Assembly: GCA_965216635.1 (NCBI GenBank)
Contig: OZ244188.1
Location: 1,312,001 to 1,376,000 of the forward strand
Reading direction: 5' to 3'
DNA from: a bacterium
GTDB taxonomy: Bacteria; SAR324; XYD2-FULL-50-16; G965216635
Length of the DNA stretch: 64,000 nucleotides
Of the stretch, positions 1 through 9,000 are shown in pieces. Numbering within the stretch: position 1 is the first letter of the stretch; the number at the start of each line of letters is the position of its first letter. Made by a program: the position numbers and the translations under genes. The notes under the pieces are model-generated. The model was not told the DNA's origin. It saw only the letters and a list, made by a program, of their open reading frames with translations, and searched no databases.

Positions 1-2
1 AA

Positions 3-266
3 ATGGTTCTTAAAAACAGAACTGGTTTAAAGGAAAAATTATCTCAGTTCTCCGATATAAAGCTAGATTTTTATGTCCAGTTGGGAGAGATGGATATTAC
101 CTTAGGAGATCTTTTAGATTTTAAGGAAGGATCCATCTTGGAAACAGAAATTGCTTCTTCTACTCCATTAAACTGTTATGCTAATAAAAAACTTTTAGGA
201 CGAGGAAAACTTGTTTTTGAGGGTTATACCGCCGGCTTTAAGTTGCAAAATTTTTTTAACCAGTAA
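3..266 (+). CDS. FliM/FliN (SpoA) C-terminal domain protein, possibly 5'-partial
   Basis: LGEMDITLGDLLDFKEGSILE...N.KLLGRG.LV pattern typical of the SpoA/FliMN_C domain. Confidence 0.7.
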   Translation: MVLKNRTGLKEKLSQFSDIKLDFYVQLGEMDITLGDLLDFKEGSILETEIASSTPLNCYANKKLLGRGKLVFEGYTAGFKLQNFFNQ

Positions 267-312
267 AATGCCCAGTTATCACATAACTCTAATTCAAAGA
301 TCTCAATAAAAA

Positions 313-2805
313 ATGAAAGAAGAAGAAAAAAAAAACTCCGTAAAAGTAGAAGATAAAGAACAAGTGAATTCTTCAAAACCAGAGCATTCGCAAAAATCAG
401 AGCATTCGCAAAAATCAGAGCATTCGCAAAAATCAGAAAATTACGAAACACTTTTACCTGCTAAACCGAGTTATCCTAACCAATTAGGTCTTATAGTGGT
501 TTATTACAGACCCCTTTTCCCGCATATGGTTCTCCCTTTGTTGGTCCAAAAGAAAATTTTTAAATTAGCTTTGAATTATGCACAAAAGCACCACAGAAAT
601 TTTATTCTGATTTCTTTATCTCATGCAGAGTCAGAAAAAGAAATAGACGATAAAAAAATCTGTAAAGTTGGAGTTTTGGCAAGAATTGTAAAAGTAATTG
701 AGAACCCCAATAATAATAAAGAAGTGCAGGTTATTTTTGAAATTGTAGGCAGAACTAAAATTGTCACTTTTTTGCATAAGAAGCCTTTTCTTCTTGCTGA
801 AGTGGAGCATTTAGAAATTCCTTCTTTCCGTAGTAACGATACCATCAGGGCTTACTGTCGTGAAATTTTGAATAATGTGCGTGAGCTGATCAAAATGTAT
901 CCCGCTATTAAAGAAGAACTCAACCAATATCTTATAGAAGATATTAGTATCAACGACGCCAATAAATTAGCTGATTTTACGGCTTCTATTCTAACCTCTA
1001 AAAAGAAAGACTTACAAGAAGTTTTAGAAACGTTCAATGTTTTAGAAAGATTAAAGATAGTACTTTTGTTGGTAAAGAAAGAATTAGATTTAGGCAGATT
1101 GCAAGCGAAAATTTCCAAACAAATAGAAAAAAGAATCTCAAAAAGTCAAAGAGATTTTTTTTTACTAGAACAACTCAAAGAAATTAAAAAAGAACTGGGG
1201 TTAACAAAAGACGGTAAAAAACAAGCAGCGGACAAACTTATGGAAAGAGCTGCTAACCTAAAATTTTCTCCTGAAGCACAAAAGGTCTTTGATGAAGAAA
1301 TGCGGAAAATTCGTCTTTTGGATAATCACGCTGCAGAATTTACAGTTACCAGAAATTATTTGGATTGGATAACCGCTTTACCTTGGGGGGTTTTTGCAAA
1401 AGAGCCTCTAAATTTAAAAGAAGCAAAAAAAATACTAGAAACAGAGCACTATGGATTAGAAGATATTAAACAACGTATTTTAGAGTTTATTGCGGTGACA
1501 AAACTCGCCAAAAAAGACGCTAGCTCGGTGCTTTGTTTTGTAGGTCCTCCAGGTGTCGGTAAAACTTCTGTCGGTAAATCTATTGCCCGTGCTCTCAAAA
1601 GACCTTTTTATAGATTTTCTGTTGGTGGTATGCGAGATGAAGCGGAAATTAAAGGGCATCGTAGAACCTATATTGGAGCTATGCCGGGCAAATTTATTCA
1701 GACTCTAAAACAGACCAAAGTTGCCAATCCAGTGATCATGCTAGACGAAGTAGATAAGATGGGCACTAGCTATCAAGGAGACCCTGCGAGCGCTCTTTTA
1801 GAAGTGTTTGATCAAGAACAAAACCATTCTTTTGTAGATCATTATCTAGATATCCCTTTTGATCTATCTAAAGTGCTTTTTATAGCTACAGCCAATCATC
1901 TAGATAATATTTCTCCAGTGTTGCTAGACAGGATGGAAATTTTAAGGCTTTCAGGATATATTTCTTCGGAAAAACTGCACATTGCTCGCCGCTATATTAT
2001 CCCTAAGCAAAGAAAACGACACGGATTAAAAAGCACTCAACTCGGTTTTACCGATGGTGCCATAACTAAAATTGTTGAAGGTTATGCTAGAGAATCAGGT
2101 GTGCGTCATCTGGAAAAACTGATTCAAAAAATCTGTCGTCAAGTAGCTTTTGAAGTCTTATCTTCTAGGCAAAAGAAAAAATTCAAAGTTATGATTAATT
2201 TACAACGTGTAGAAAAATATTTAAAAAAACCCTTGTTTTTAGATGATTCTATTCAAAATTCCAGTAATTCAGGTATAGTCAATGGGTTAGCATGGACGAG
2301 CATGGGAGGAGATGTGCTATCCATAGAAGCTGTTGCTATGGAAACTGCAACAAAAGGTTTCAAACAAACAGGACAACTAGGAGGAGTAATGATAGAATCC
2401 TCAGAAATTGCTTATAGCTATGTATCAGCCAACCTAAAAAAATTTAAAGGAAAAAAGGAATTTTTTGATAATCATTTTATCCACCTCCATGTTCCAGCGG
2501 GAGCCACTCCAAAAGATGGTCCTTCTGCTGGCATTACGATGGCAAGCGCTCTTATCTCCTTAATGCTTGCCAAACCTGTAGATAAGGCAATCGGAATGAC
2601 GGGAGAACTTACTTTAAGTGGTAGCGTTTTGGCTATTGGAGGCTTGAAAGAAAAAATTATTGCCTCTAAAAGAAACGGGTTAGAAAAAATTATTGTGCCT
2701 TTTGCTAATAAAAAGGATTATGAAGAATTACCCAAACATCTTAAAACAGGTTTAAAGGTCTACTTCGCCCAAAATTATAAGGAGGTTTTTAGACGAGTTT
2801 TTTGA
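313..2805 (+). CDS. lon: ATP-dependent Lon protease
   Basis: Walker A GPPGVGKT, RRTYIGAMPG, catalytic PKDGPSAG; N-terminal 18-bp x3 repeat (SEHSQK). Confidence 0.97.
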   Translation: MKEEEKKNSVKVEDKEQVNSSKPEHSQKSEHSQKSEHSQKSENYETLLPAKPSYPNQLGLIVVYYRPLFPHMVLPLLVQKKIFKLALNYAQKHHRNFILISLSHAESEKEIDDKKICKVGVLARIVKVIENPNNNKEVQVIFEIVGRTKIVTFLHKKPFLLAEVEHLEIPSFRSNDTIRAYCREILNNVRELIKMYPAIKEELNQYLIEDISINDANKLADFTASILTSKKKDLQEVLETFNVLERLKIVLLLVKKELDLGRLQAKISKQIEKRISKSQRDFFLLEQLKEIKKELGLTKDGKKQAADKLMERAANLKFSPEAQKVFDEEMRKIRLLDNHAAEFTVTRNYLDWITALPWGVFAKEPLNLKEAKKILETEHYGLEDIKQRILEFIAVTKLAKKDASSVLCFVGPPGVGKTSVGKSIARALKRPFYRFSVGGMRDEAEIKGHRRTYIGAMPGKFIQTLKQTKVANPVIMLDEVDKMGTSYQGDPASALLEVFDQEQNHSFVDHYLDIPFDLSKVLFIATANHLDNISPVLLDRMEILRLSGYISSEKLHIARRYIIPKQRKRHGLKSTQLGFTDGAITKIVEGYARESGVRHLEKLIQKICRQVAFEVLSSRQKKKFKVMINLQRVEKYLKKPLFLDDSIQNSSNSGIVNGLAWTSMGGDVLSIEAVAMETATKGFKQTGQLGGVMIESSEIAYSYVSANLKKFKGKKEFFDNHFIHLHVPAGATPKDGPSAGITMASALISLMLAKPVDKAIGMTGELTLSGSVLAIGGLKEKIIASKRNGLEKIIVPFANKKDYEELPKHLKTGLKVYFAQNYKEVFRRVF

Positions 2806-2863
2806 TTTTTAGACAATATCTATAGAATTAGAAAAAGTTGCAGTTTTTTTAAAAAAAAACTAT

Positions 2864-3136
2864 TATAGACCTTTGAATTTCGCTGATGTGACGGCTAGCC
2901 AAATGGTTAGAACAGGTGCAAAAAAAATTTTTAGCTCGCTGGAATGTGTGAGTATTTCAAGAGTTAAAAATTTTTCAATGCCGTAGTGCAATACATCACA
3001 AAACTTAAAGCTAACACAAGATAGACTGCAAAAGAGCCACTGGCTCTTTTGCTAAAGCCTGTATAGGGTGAAAGCAATAAGCTTGCTTTGGCTAAACAGC
3101 TAGTTTTGTCCTATTTGGCAAATTCAAAAGTCTATA
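2864..3136 (+). mobile_element. Palindromic MITE-like repeat, near full-length copy
   Basis: Terminal inverted repeats TATAGACCTTTGAATTT ... AAATTCAAAAGTCTATA; internal modules shared with the 62671 copy. Confidence 0.85.
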
Positions 3137-3171
3137 GTATTTAGTATATTTTATAACTTACATCACTAGAA

Positions 3172-4440
3172 ATGGATTTAGGTTCAGATGTCAATTTTTC
3201 TGGAATAGGCAGATCAGAATTAGAAGATTTAAGAGGAGATACCATAATCAAAGTTGTCGGAGTAGGCGGAGCTGGAGGAAGTGTTGTCCGCCGTATGATA
3301 GAAAGCGGTATTGATACAGTGGACTACGCTGTAGTCAATACAGATAAGATGGTATTAGATAGTAATCCAGCCCCTATTAAAATTACGATAGGAAAAAAGC
3401 TAACTCGCGGACTTGGAGCTGGAATGAGACCAGAAATAGGTAGAGAAGCAGCTATTGAAGACTTAGATGATTTACGCACTTGTCTAGAAGGTGCTCACAT
3501 GGTTTTTATAGCCGCTGGTATGGGAGGAGGAACAGGAACGGGAGCTGCTCCCGTTTTAGCAGAAATAGCGAAAGAATTGAATATTCTTACAGTAGCAATA
3601 GTTAGCACACCCTTTGAATTTGAAGGAGGAAAAAGAATGAATTTAGCCGTAGCAGGCATAGAAGAATTGAAGAAACATATTGATACTTTGATGATTGTTC
3701 CCAATGAAAAACTACTTGAAATAGCAACTCCCAATATGGGCATGAAACAAGCTTTCACTATGGCAGACGATGTTCTACGAGACGCAATCCGCGGAGTATC
3801 TAATTTAATCAATGGGGAGGCAGATATCAACCTAGATTTTATGGATGTCAAAACTGTGATGAAAGATAAAGGACGAGCATTTATCGGTATAGGAATCGCC
3901 AAAGGACAAAATAGAGGAGAAGAAGCAGCTATCAAGGCGATGGAAAGTCCGGTATTAAATAGTTATTCTGTGCAAAACGCATCAGGAATTATCGTTTATA
4001 TTGAAGGGGACCCCGAATTCCCAATGCAAGAAGTAAAAAAATCGGCAGAATCAATTCAACAAAAAGCAGGAGAAAATGCAGATGTGATTTTTGGATATAA
4101 GGAAAATCAGAAATTTAAAAGCGAAGTGCGAATTACTATTATCGTAGCGGGTTTTGAAGGAGATTTAATCCAATCCAAAAAAATAGATTCAAGAAAACCG
4201 ATTAAAGTGGAGGATATATTCAATAAATACGAGCAACAAAACCTACAAAGCTCTTCTGAGAAAACAGAAAAAGAAAGTCTTCTGATACTAGACGATGAAT
4301 TTTCGGTAAATCCAGTGGTAGATAAGCCTCATATACCTACCGATTACCAGTCGCTAGATAAAAAAGAAGAAACAGATACCGATATTCCTACTTTTATCCG
4401 TAAACAGGATTCTACTCGCTATCAAGATGAAGATGAATGA
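3172..4440 (+). CDS. ftsZ: Cell division protein FtsZ
   Basis: GVGGAG, GGGTGTG tubulin signature, INLDFMD, C-terminal DIPTFIRK peptide. Confidence 0.97.
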   Translation: MDLGSDVNFSGIGRSELEDLRGDTIIKVVGVGGAGGSVVRRMIESGIDTVDYAVVNTDKMVLDSNPAPIKITIGKKLTRGLGAGMRPEIGREAAIEDLDDLRTCLEGAHMVFIAAGMGGGTGTGAAPVLAEIAKELNILTVAIVSTPFEFEGGKRMNLAVAGIEELKKHIDTLMIVPNEKLLEIATPNMGMKQAFTMADDVLRDAIRGVSNLINGEADINLDFMDVKTVMKDKGRAFIGIGIAKGQNRGEEAAIKAMESPVLNSYSVQNASGIIVYIEGDPEFPMQEVKKSAESIQQKAGENADVIFGYKENQKFKSEVRITIIVAGFEGDLIQSKKIDSRKPIKVEDIFNKYEQQNLQSSSEKTEKESLLILDDEFSVNPVVDKPHIPTDYQSLDKKEETDTDIPTFIRKQDSTRYQDEDE

Positions 4441-4543
4441 AAGAGACCCTAATTTAATGAGGAAATATTTACTTTTTTATCTAATATATTATCTTGTTTG
4501 AGAATATTGCTTTTAAATATTAACTAACTATATTTAAGTAAAA

Positions 4544-4591
4544 ATGAATAAAATACCAGCCATAATGTTTGATACAAGTGGTGATTTTTAA
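4544..4591 (+). CDS. Putative 15-aa leader peptide MNKIPAIMFDTSGDF
   Basis: Hand-translated; same length and FDxxG[D/G] ending as the uORF at 63115. Confidence 0.35.
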   Translation: MNKIPAIMFDTSGDF

Positions 4592-4614
4592 GGAAAGATT
4601 TACAGAAAGGTAAT

Positions 4615-5166
4615 ATGGAAAGTAACTCTATTTTATTAGAAAATATTGTAGGAAATATTGTTTTAATAATAGGTTCTATTATTGCTTTTTCCAGTGTCTT
4701 TTTTTATAGAAAAACAGAAAAATTAAAGGCAACCCTTGAAATGATTTATAAAATCACAAGTTCTGAATTTTTTAAGAGTGGTGAAGAAGTCTTGTTATTT
4801 ATAAAAGAAGACGCAGGAGTTATTGCAGATGATTATATAAATTATAAAAAATCAATAAAGGAAAAAGGCAAGAAAGTTAAACCGTCTAAAAGAGTTAAAA
4901 TTGCAATAGAGCTTAAAGCATATTTGAATCTGTTTGAAGGTTTGTGTGTCGGAATGAATAGTAAAATCTATAATGAAAAATCCTGCAAAAAAGCTCTTTA
5001 TAGCAAATTTGTGAATAATTGGAAGAAATCAGAAAGCTTCATAAGAGTAATAAGAAAAATGGAGAAGTCTCCTACTTTATGGCAATAATTTGAAAAAATA
5101 GTGAGAAAATGGGACGACAAGCCCCCTCTAACATATCAATATAAAGCAAAAATAGGAAAAAACTAA
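4615..5166 (+). pseudogene. DUF4760-like membrane-anchored protein with premature TAA at 5086-5088
   Basis: N-terminal TM helix, LNLFEGLCVG...IY.E...FI...R motif; frame continues past the stop as LWQ*FEKIVRKW...GKN* (likely GAA->TAA). Confidence 0.65.
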
Positions 5167-5171
5167 ACAAT

Positions 5172-6149
5172 ATGTATCAAGTAATTATTAACAATCTCTT
5201 TTTCAATATAGCGATGGTGTTTTTCTCTATCGTTTTGCTTTGGAAAGGAGCCGAATGGCTAGTAGATTCTGCCAGCAAATTAGCACAAAAATTGGGAGTT
5301 TCTGATTTGATAATCGGTTTAACTATTGTAGCTATTGGCACCTCTGCTCCCGAATTTGCTGTATCTGTAAGTGCCGCATTAGAAGGAAATCCTGAAATTG
5401 CTGTTGGCAATGTTTTTGGTTCTAATATATTCAATCTAGGTTTTATTTTGGGACTGGGGGTATTATTTAAAAACTTCAAGATTACACGAGATACAGTTTA
5501 TAGAGATGGTAGTTTTCTATTTTGCATGGTTCTCTTGATTTATTTTTTAATGTTCGGCTTTGATTTCAAAATTTTATCAGGCGGTTATTTGTCTCCTATT
5601 GCTTCTGTCTTTTTGATTGTTTTACTTGTCGGTTATATTTTTTTTCTTTACATGCAAAAGTCCGATATAAATAATGATATTCCTAGCGGAAATTTTAGAA
5701 TAAAAGATTTTTTATGGCTCATAATAGGTATTTCTTCTGTGATTGTTGGTGGGCATTTTTTAGTAGAGAATGCAGTAAAAATCGGAATACATGCAGGACT
5801 AGATATTTGGATTATTGGAATAACCATCGTCGCTGCTGGCACTTCTTCCCCTGAATTGGTGACTACTTTGGTCTCCATTATTAAGAAAAAATACAATATG
5901 GCAATTGGCAATCTTATCGGTAGTGATCTGTTTAATATGTTGGGAGTTATTGGAGTAGCTGGTGTTGTAGGTAAAGGAATACAAATTCCAGCAGTTGCCC
6001 ATATAAGCCTCATTATCCTGGCAGTCAATCTTATGGTTATAGTATTTTTTTTGAGAAGTTCTTGGAAACTGGTGCGTTGGGAAGGTGTTGTATTGATTTT
6101 GATTAGTCTGGTGCGGTATTATATTGATTTTATTGTAGTCAGTCGTTAA
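5172..6149 (+). CDS. Calcium/sodium antiporter (YrbG family)
   Basis: Two alpha repeats GTSAPE / GTSSPE with GSNIFN / GSDLFN. Confidence 0.92.
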   Translation: MYQVIINNLFFNIAMVFFSIVLLWKGAEWLVDSASKLAQKLGVSDLIIGLTIVAIGTSAPEFAVSVSAALEGNPEIAVGNVFGSNIFNLGFILGLGVLFKNFKITRDTVYRDGSFLFCMVLLIYFLMFGFDFKILSGGYLSPIASVFLIVLLVGYIFFLYMQKSDINNDIPSGNFRIKDFLWLIIGISSVIVGGHFLVENAVKIGIHAGLDIWIIGITIVAAGTSSPELVTTLVSIIKKKYNMAIGNLIGSDLFNMLGVIGVAGVVGKGIQIPAVAHISLIILAVNLMVIVFFLRSSWKLVRWEGVVLILISLVRYYIDFIVVSR

Positions 6150-6150
6150 G

Positions 6151-6226
6151 TGAGAGCTTTGAATTTCGCTGCTGTGACGGCTAGCCCCAATAGTGGGATA
6201 AGCATACCGCAAATTCAAAACTCTCA
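6151..6226 (+). mobile_element. Minimal 76-bp MITE-like copy (two ends plus a short core)
   Basis: TGAGAGCTTTGAATTTCGC ... GCAAATTCAAAACTCTCA. Confidence 0.75.
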
Positions 6227-6256
6227 AGTGTATTTATTCCATTTTTTTCTTTAAGG

Positions 6257-7009
6257 ATGTTTTTTTCACTAGTGCCTTTTGTTTTAGGCTCAATTAGCGC
6301 TTCTTTTCTACTTTGTATAGGGGACAGACTTTTGCAAAAGCAAAGTCTCTTTACTAGATCTCAATGTTCTAATTGCAAAACAAAACTCCCTTTCTATACC
6401 CTCATTCCCTTATTAAGTTATCTATTTTTACTCGGCAAGTGTCACTCCTGTAAAAAAAACATAGGATTACGCTATCCTTTGTCTGAAATCATTTATGGAG
6501 GTTTGTTTATTTTTATATGGCAAAAGGTGGGTTTTGTTTGGGATAGTCCATTTTTTCTGGTTTGTTGGAGCCTACTTTTTTTTATAGCCTTTTTAGATTG
6601 GCAGGTGCAGTGGTTTTATAGCTTTCTATTGGTACTAGTTTTTTTAGTTCATTCTCTTTATTTGTTTTTTCACCCCGAGCTGCTTTTCAATGCTTTTTTA
6701 GGTCTAACTATAGGAGCTGGTTTTTTTTATTTTATTGGTTTTTTTTATCAATTTTTATTTTCTAGGGAAGGTATAGGTGGCGGAGATATTAGTCTGCTTG
6801 GTATTTTGGGTTATTTTTTAGGAGTGCAATCCCTACTGCCTACGCTCCTCTATGGCTCTCTAGGGGGTCTGTTGGTAGGTCTAGGATTTTTGATAAAATA
6901 CAAAAAAAATACTCCTTTTCCTTTCGTGCCTACTTTGGTATTGGGTGCTTTTCTTCATTGGTATATGCCTTCGTTGTATTTAGAAATCATTGAGAAACTG
7001 TTGAATTAG
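6257..7009 (+). CDS. Prepilin peptidase (A24/PilD family)
   Basis: RSQCSNC...IPLLSY...GKCHSC zinc motif, GIGGGD, PFVP. Confidence 0.88.
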   Translation: MFFSLVPFVLGSISASFLLCIGDRLLQKQSLFTRSQCSNCKTKLPFYTLIPLLSYLFLLGKCHSCKKNIGLRYPLSEIIYGGLFIFIWQKVGFVWDSPFFLVCWSLLFFIAFLDWQVQWFYSFLLVLVFLVHSLYLFFHPELLFNAFLGLTIGAGFFYFIGFFYQFLFSREGIGGGDISLLGILGYFLGVQSLLPTLLYGSLGGLLVGLGFLIKYKKNTPFPFVPTLVLGAFLHWYMPSLYLEIIEKLLN

Positions 7010-7180
7010 GCATTCTAGTTCGGCTATGCAGCGTTAAAAAATGAAATTTTTAACTCTTGCCATTTGTGAAGAAATTCTCTTCAGTATTCCAGCGAGCTAA
7101 AATTTTTTTTCGCACCTGTTCTAGCCATTTGGCTAGCCGTCACAGCTAGTTTTGTTCTATTTGGCAAATTCAAAGGTCTA
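6991..7180 (-). mobile_element. MITE-like copy, inverted, chimeric ends; overlaps the prepilin peptidase stop codon
   Basis: GAGAAACTGTTGAATTAGGCATT left end; TTTGGCAAATTCAAAGGTCTA right end. Confidence 0.8.
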
Positions 7181-7263
7181 CAAAAACTGGTTGTTTTATA
7201 ACTAGATTTTAGTCTTTTTTCTAGTATTTCCAAGAGAATAATGGCTTTTTTAGGGACGACTAT

Positions 7264-8754
7264 TTAATAGGCGATTTTACTGCCAATAATAATTTTATCG
7301 TTTAACGAAGTAATGTGATAATTCTTGGCTACTAATAGATCTACAGTGGTGCTGTACCTTTTTGCTATATCCCAGAGTGTATCTCCTCTGCGAACAATAT
7401 GAATTCCTGGGTTGCCTTTTTTGGAATTGGCTTTTTGATTAGGCTTGGTAAAAGTTATAGGAATGATAACCTTCTGACGAGGTTTCAAGTATTTCTTAGC
7501 AGATAAACCATAATTGCTAGCGTAGAGATTTTTTAAAGAGGTGTTATATTTTCTAGAAATACTCCACAAGGAATCTCCTTTAACTACACGGTGGGTGATA
7601 AAAGTACTCTCAATATCTGGTTTTAAACTGTTAAGTTGCTTTTGGGTAATAACGCTTTTTTCAGGCACTTTTAAAATAAATCTCTTGTGACTGTTTTTAC
7701 TAAACGGAGTTGTACTGTATTTCAGCGACGGGTTTAATTGCTTGAGTTCTGCCACACTGATTTTTGTTTTTTTACTAATCTGTTTGAAGGATACATTGGG
7801 TTTAACACGCACTTTTTTGTAACGATGCCAATCTTTTAGTTCACTGGGGGCAGGAAAATCGTAGTATTCTAAATTGTTAAAAATATGCACTACTGCTAAA
7901 AAGGCGGGAACATAACCTCTTGTCTCCCTTGGCAGTTTCAAAGACCAATAATCTGTGGGTTTGCCTGCTTTTTTGTTTTTTGCTATGGCATGATTGACTC
8001 TTCCTAAACCACTATTGTAAGCAGCTAAAACTAAACTCCAATCGTTATACCTTTTGTAGAGATCTTTTAAAAATCTAGCAGCTGCGTGTGTTTGTACCTC
8101 AGGGTCTAATCTATCATCGTACCACCAACTATACCTCATCCCGTATAATCTTCCAGTACTACCAATAAACTGCCATAAACCTACAGCACTTGCTCTAGAA
8201 ACAGCTTTATAATTAAAGTTAGATTCTACCATCGCAAGATAAAAAAGATCGTGAGGTAATCCATATTCAGCAAAAATTCTCTGCACCATTTTATAATATT
8301 TGGGAGCGCGACCTAAACCTATTAAAAATGCTTTTCTTTTTTTTTGTGTATAAAGACGAATAAAAATATCTACTTTTTTTTGATTAACACCTATTTGAAT
8401 ATCATTATGCGGTTTGAGTGGGTGTGTTTTTTGATTTTCAGACGAACCTACCATTGGGCGAATAATGTCTTGAGGAGAAATAGGGTCAAAAAAATCTACA
8501 GAATTAAGATTTTCGTCATCTCCTGATTCTACAAGATTTTCATTCCCCTCTTCTATAAAGCCGTCTTTATTATAAATACTACGAGTGAAAACTTCGTCTT
8601 CATATCTAGCTGGAAATTTTGAGTCTTCCAAAATAGAATAGGCAGACACAACAGAATAATGAGCAGCGTAATGCGATATTTGTTCTAAATTTCTACTTTC
8701 TCCCACAAAAGCAAAAGTGCAAAGAAAAAAAAGGACACAAAAATATTTCATCAT
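7264..8754 (-). CDS. mltD: Membrane-bound lytic murein transglycosylase D-like (SLT + LysM domains)
   Basis: LAMVES, AVGLWQF, AAYNSG, ETRGYVP; LysM repeats (VVKGDSLWSIS, VRRGDTLWDIA). Start moved to the ATG at 8754 because the ORF-track start lies in a repeat. Confidence 0.88.
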   Translation of the reverse strand: MMKYFCVLFFLCTFAFVGESRNLEQISHYAAHYSVVSAYSILEDSKFPARYEDEVFTRSIYNKDGFIEEGNENLVESGDDENLNSVDFFDPISPQDIIRPMVGSSENQKTHPLKPHNDIQIGVNQKKVDIFIRLYTQKKRKAFLIGLGRAPKYYKMVQRIFAEYGLPHDLFYLAMVESNFNYKAVSRASAVGLWQFIGSTGRLYGMRYSWWYDDRLDPEVQTHAAARFLKDLYKRYNDWSLVLAAYNSGLGRVNHAIAKNKKAGKPTDYWSLKLPRETRGYVPAFLAVVHIFNNLEYYDFPAPSELKDWHRYKKVRVKPNVSFKQISKKTKISVAELKQLNPSLKYSTTPFSKNSHKRFILKVPEKSVITQKQLNSLKPDIESTFITHRVVKGDSLWSISRKYNTSLKNLYASNYGLSAKKYLKPRQKVIIPITFTKPNQKANSKKGNPGIHIVRRGDTLWDIAKRYSTTVDLLVAKNYHITSLNDKIIIGSKIAY

Positions 8755-8801
8755 AAAGGAAAAATAAAAAAAATTACTTGGAAAAACCATTATCCAATAA
8801 T

Positions 8802-8919
8802 TAGAGAGCTTTGAATTTGCCAAATAGAACAAAACTAGCTGTGACGCCTAGCCAAATGGTTAGAACAGGTGCAAAAAAAAAAATCTTTGGCTAAACAGAA
8901 CGCTAATTCAAAGGTCTCA
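8802..8919 (+). mobile_element. MITE-like copy, internally deleted
   Basis: AGAGAGCTTTGAATTTGCCAAATAG ... GAACGCTAATTCAAAGGTCTC. Confidence 0.8.
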
Positions 8920-9000
8920 ATTAGATTACAAGGAAGCAAAGTTTATACCTAGTCGGTTTAAAAATAAGAAAAAATTCACCGCACAATTATTTTGGGATCA

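Noticed and set aside
5086..5088. Alternative genetic code (TAA read-through)
   Set aside because: TAA terminates many intact genes here; a single nonsense mutation is the simpler explanation.
5799..6227. 142-aa minus-strand ORF and the other short antisense ORFs in the track
   Set aside because: Shadows of well-supported genes on the opposite strand, with no recognisable motifs.
8755..8832. Extended mltD N-terminus from the ORF track
   Set aside because: The start lies inside a MITE-like copy; the signal peptide begins at ATG 8754/8751.
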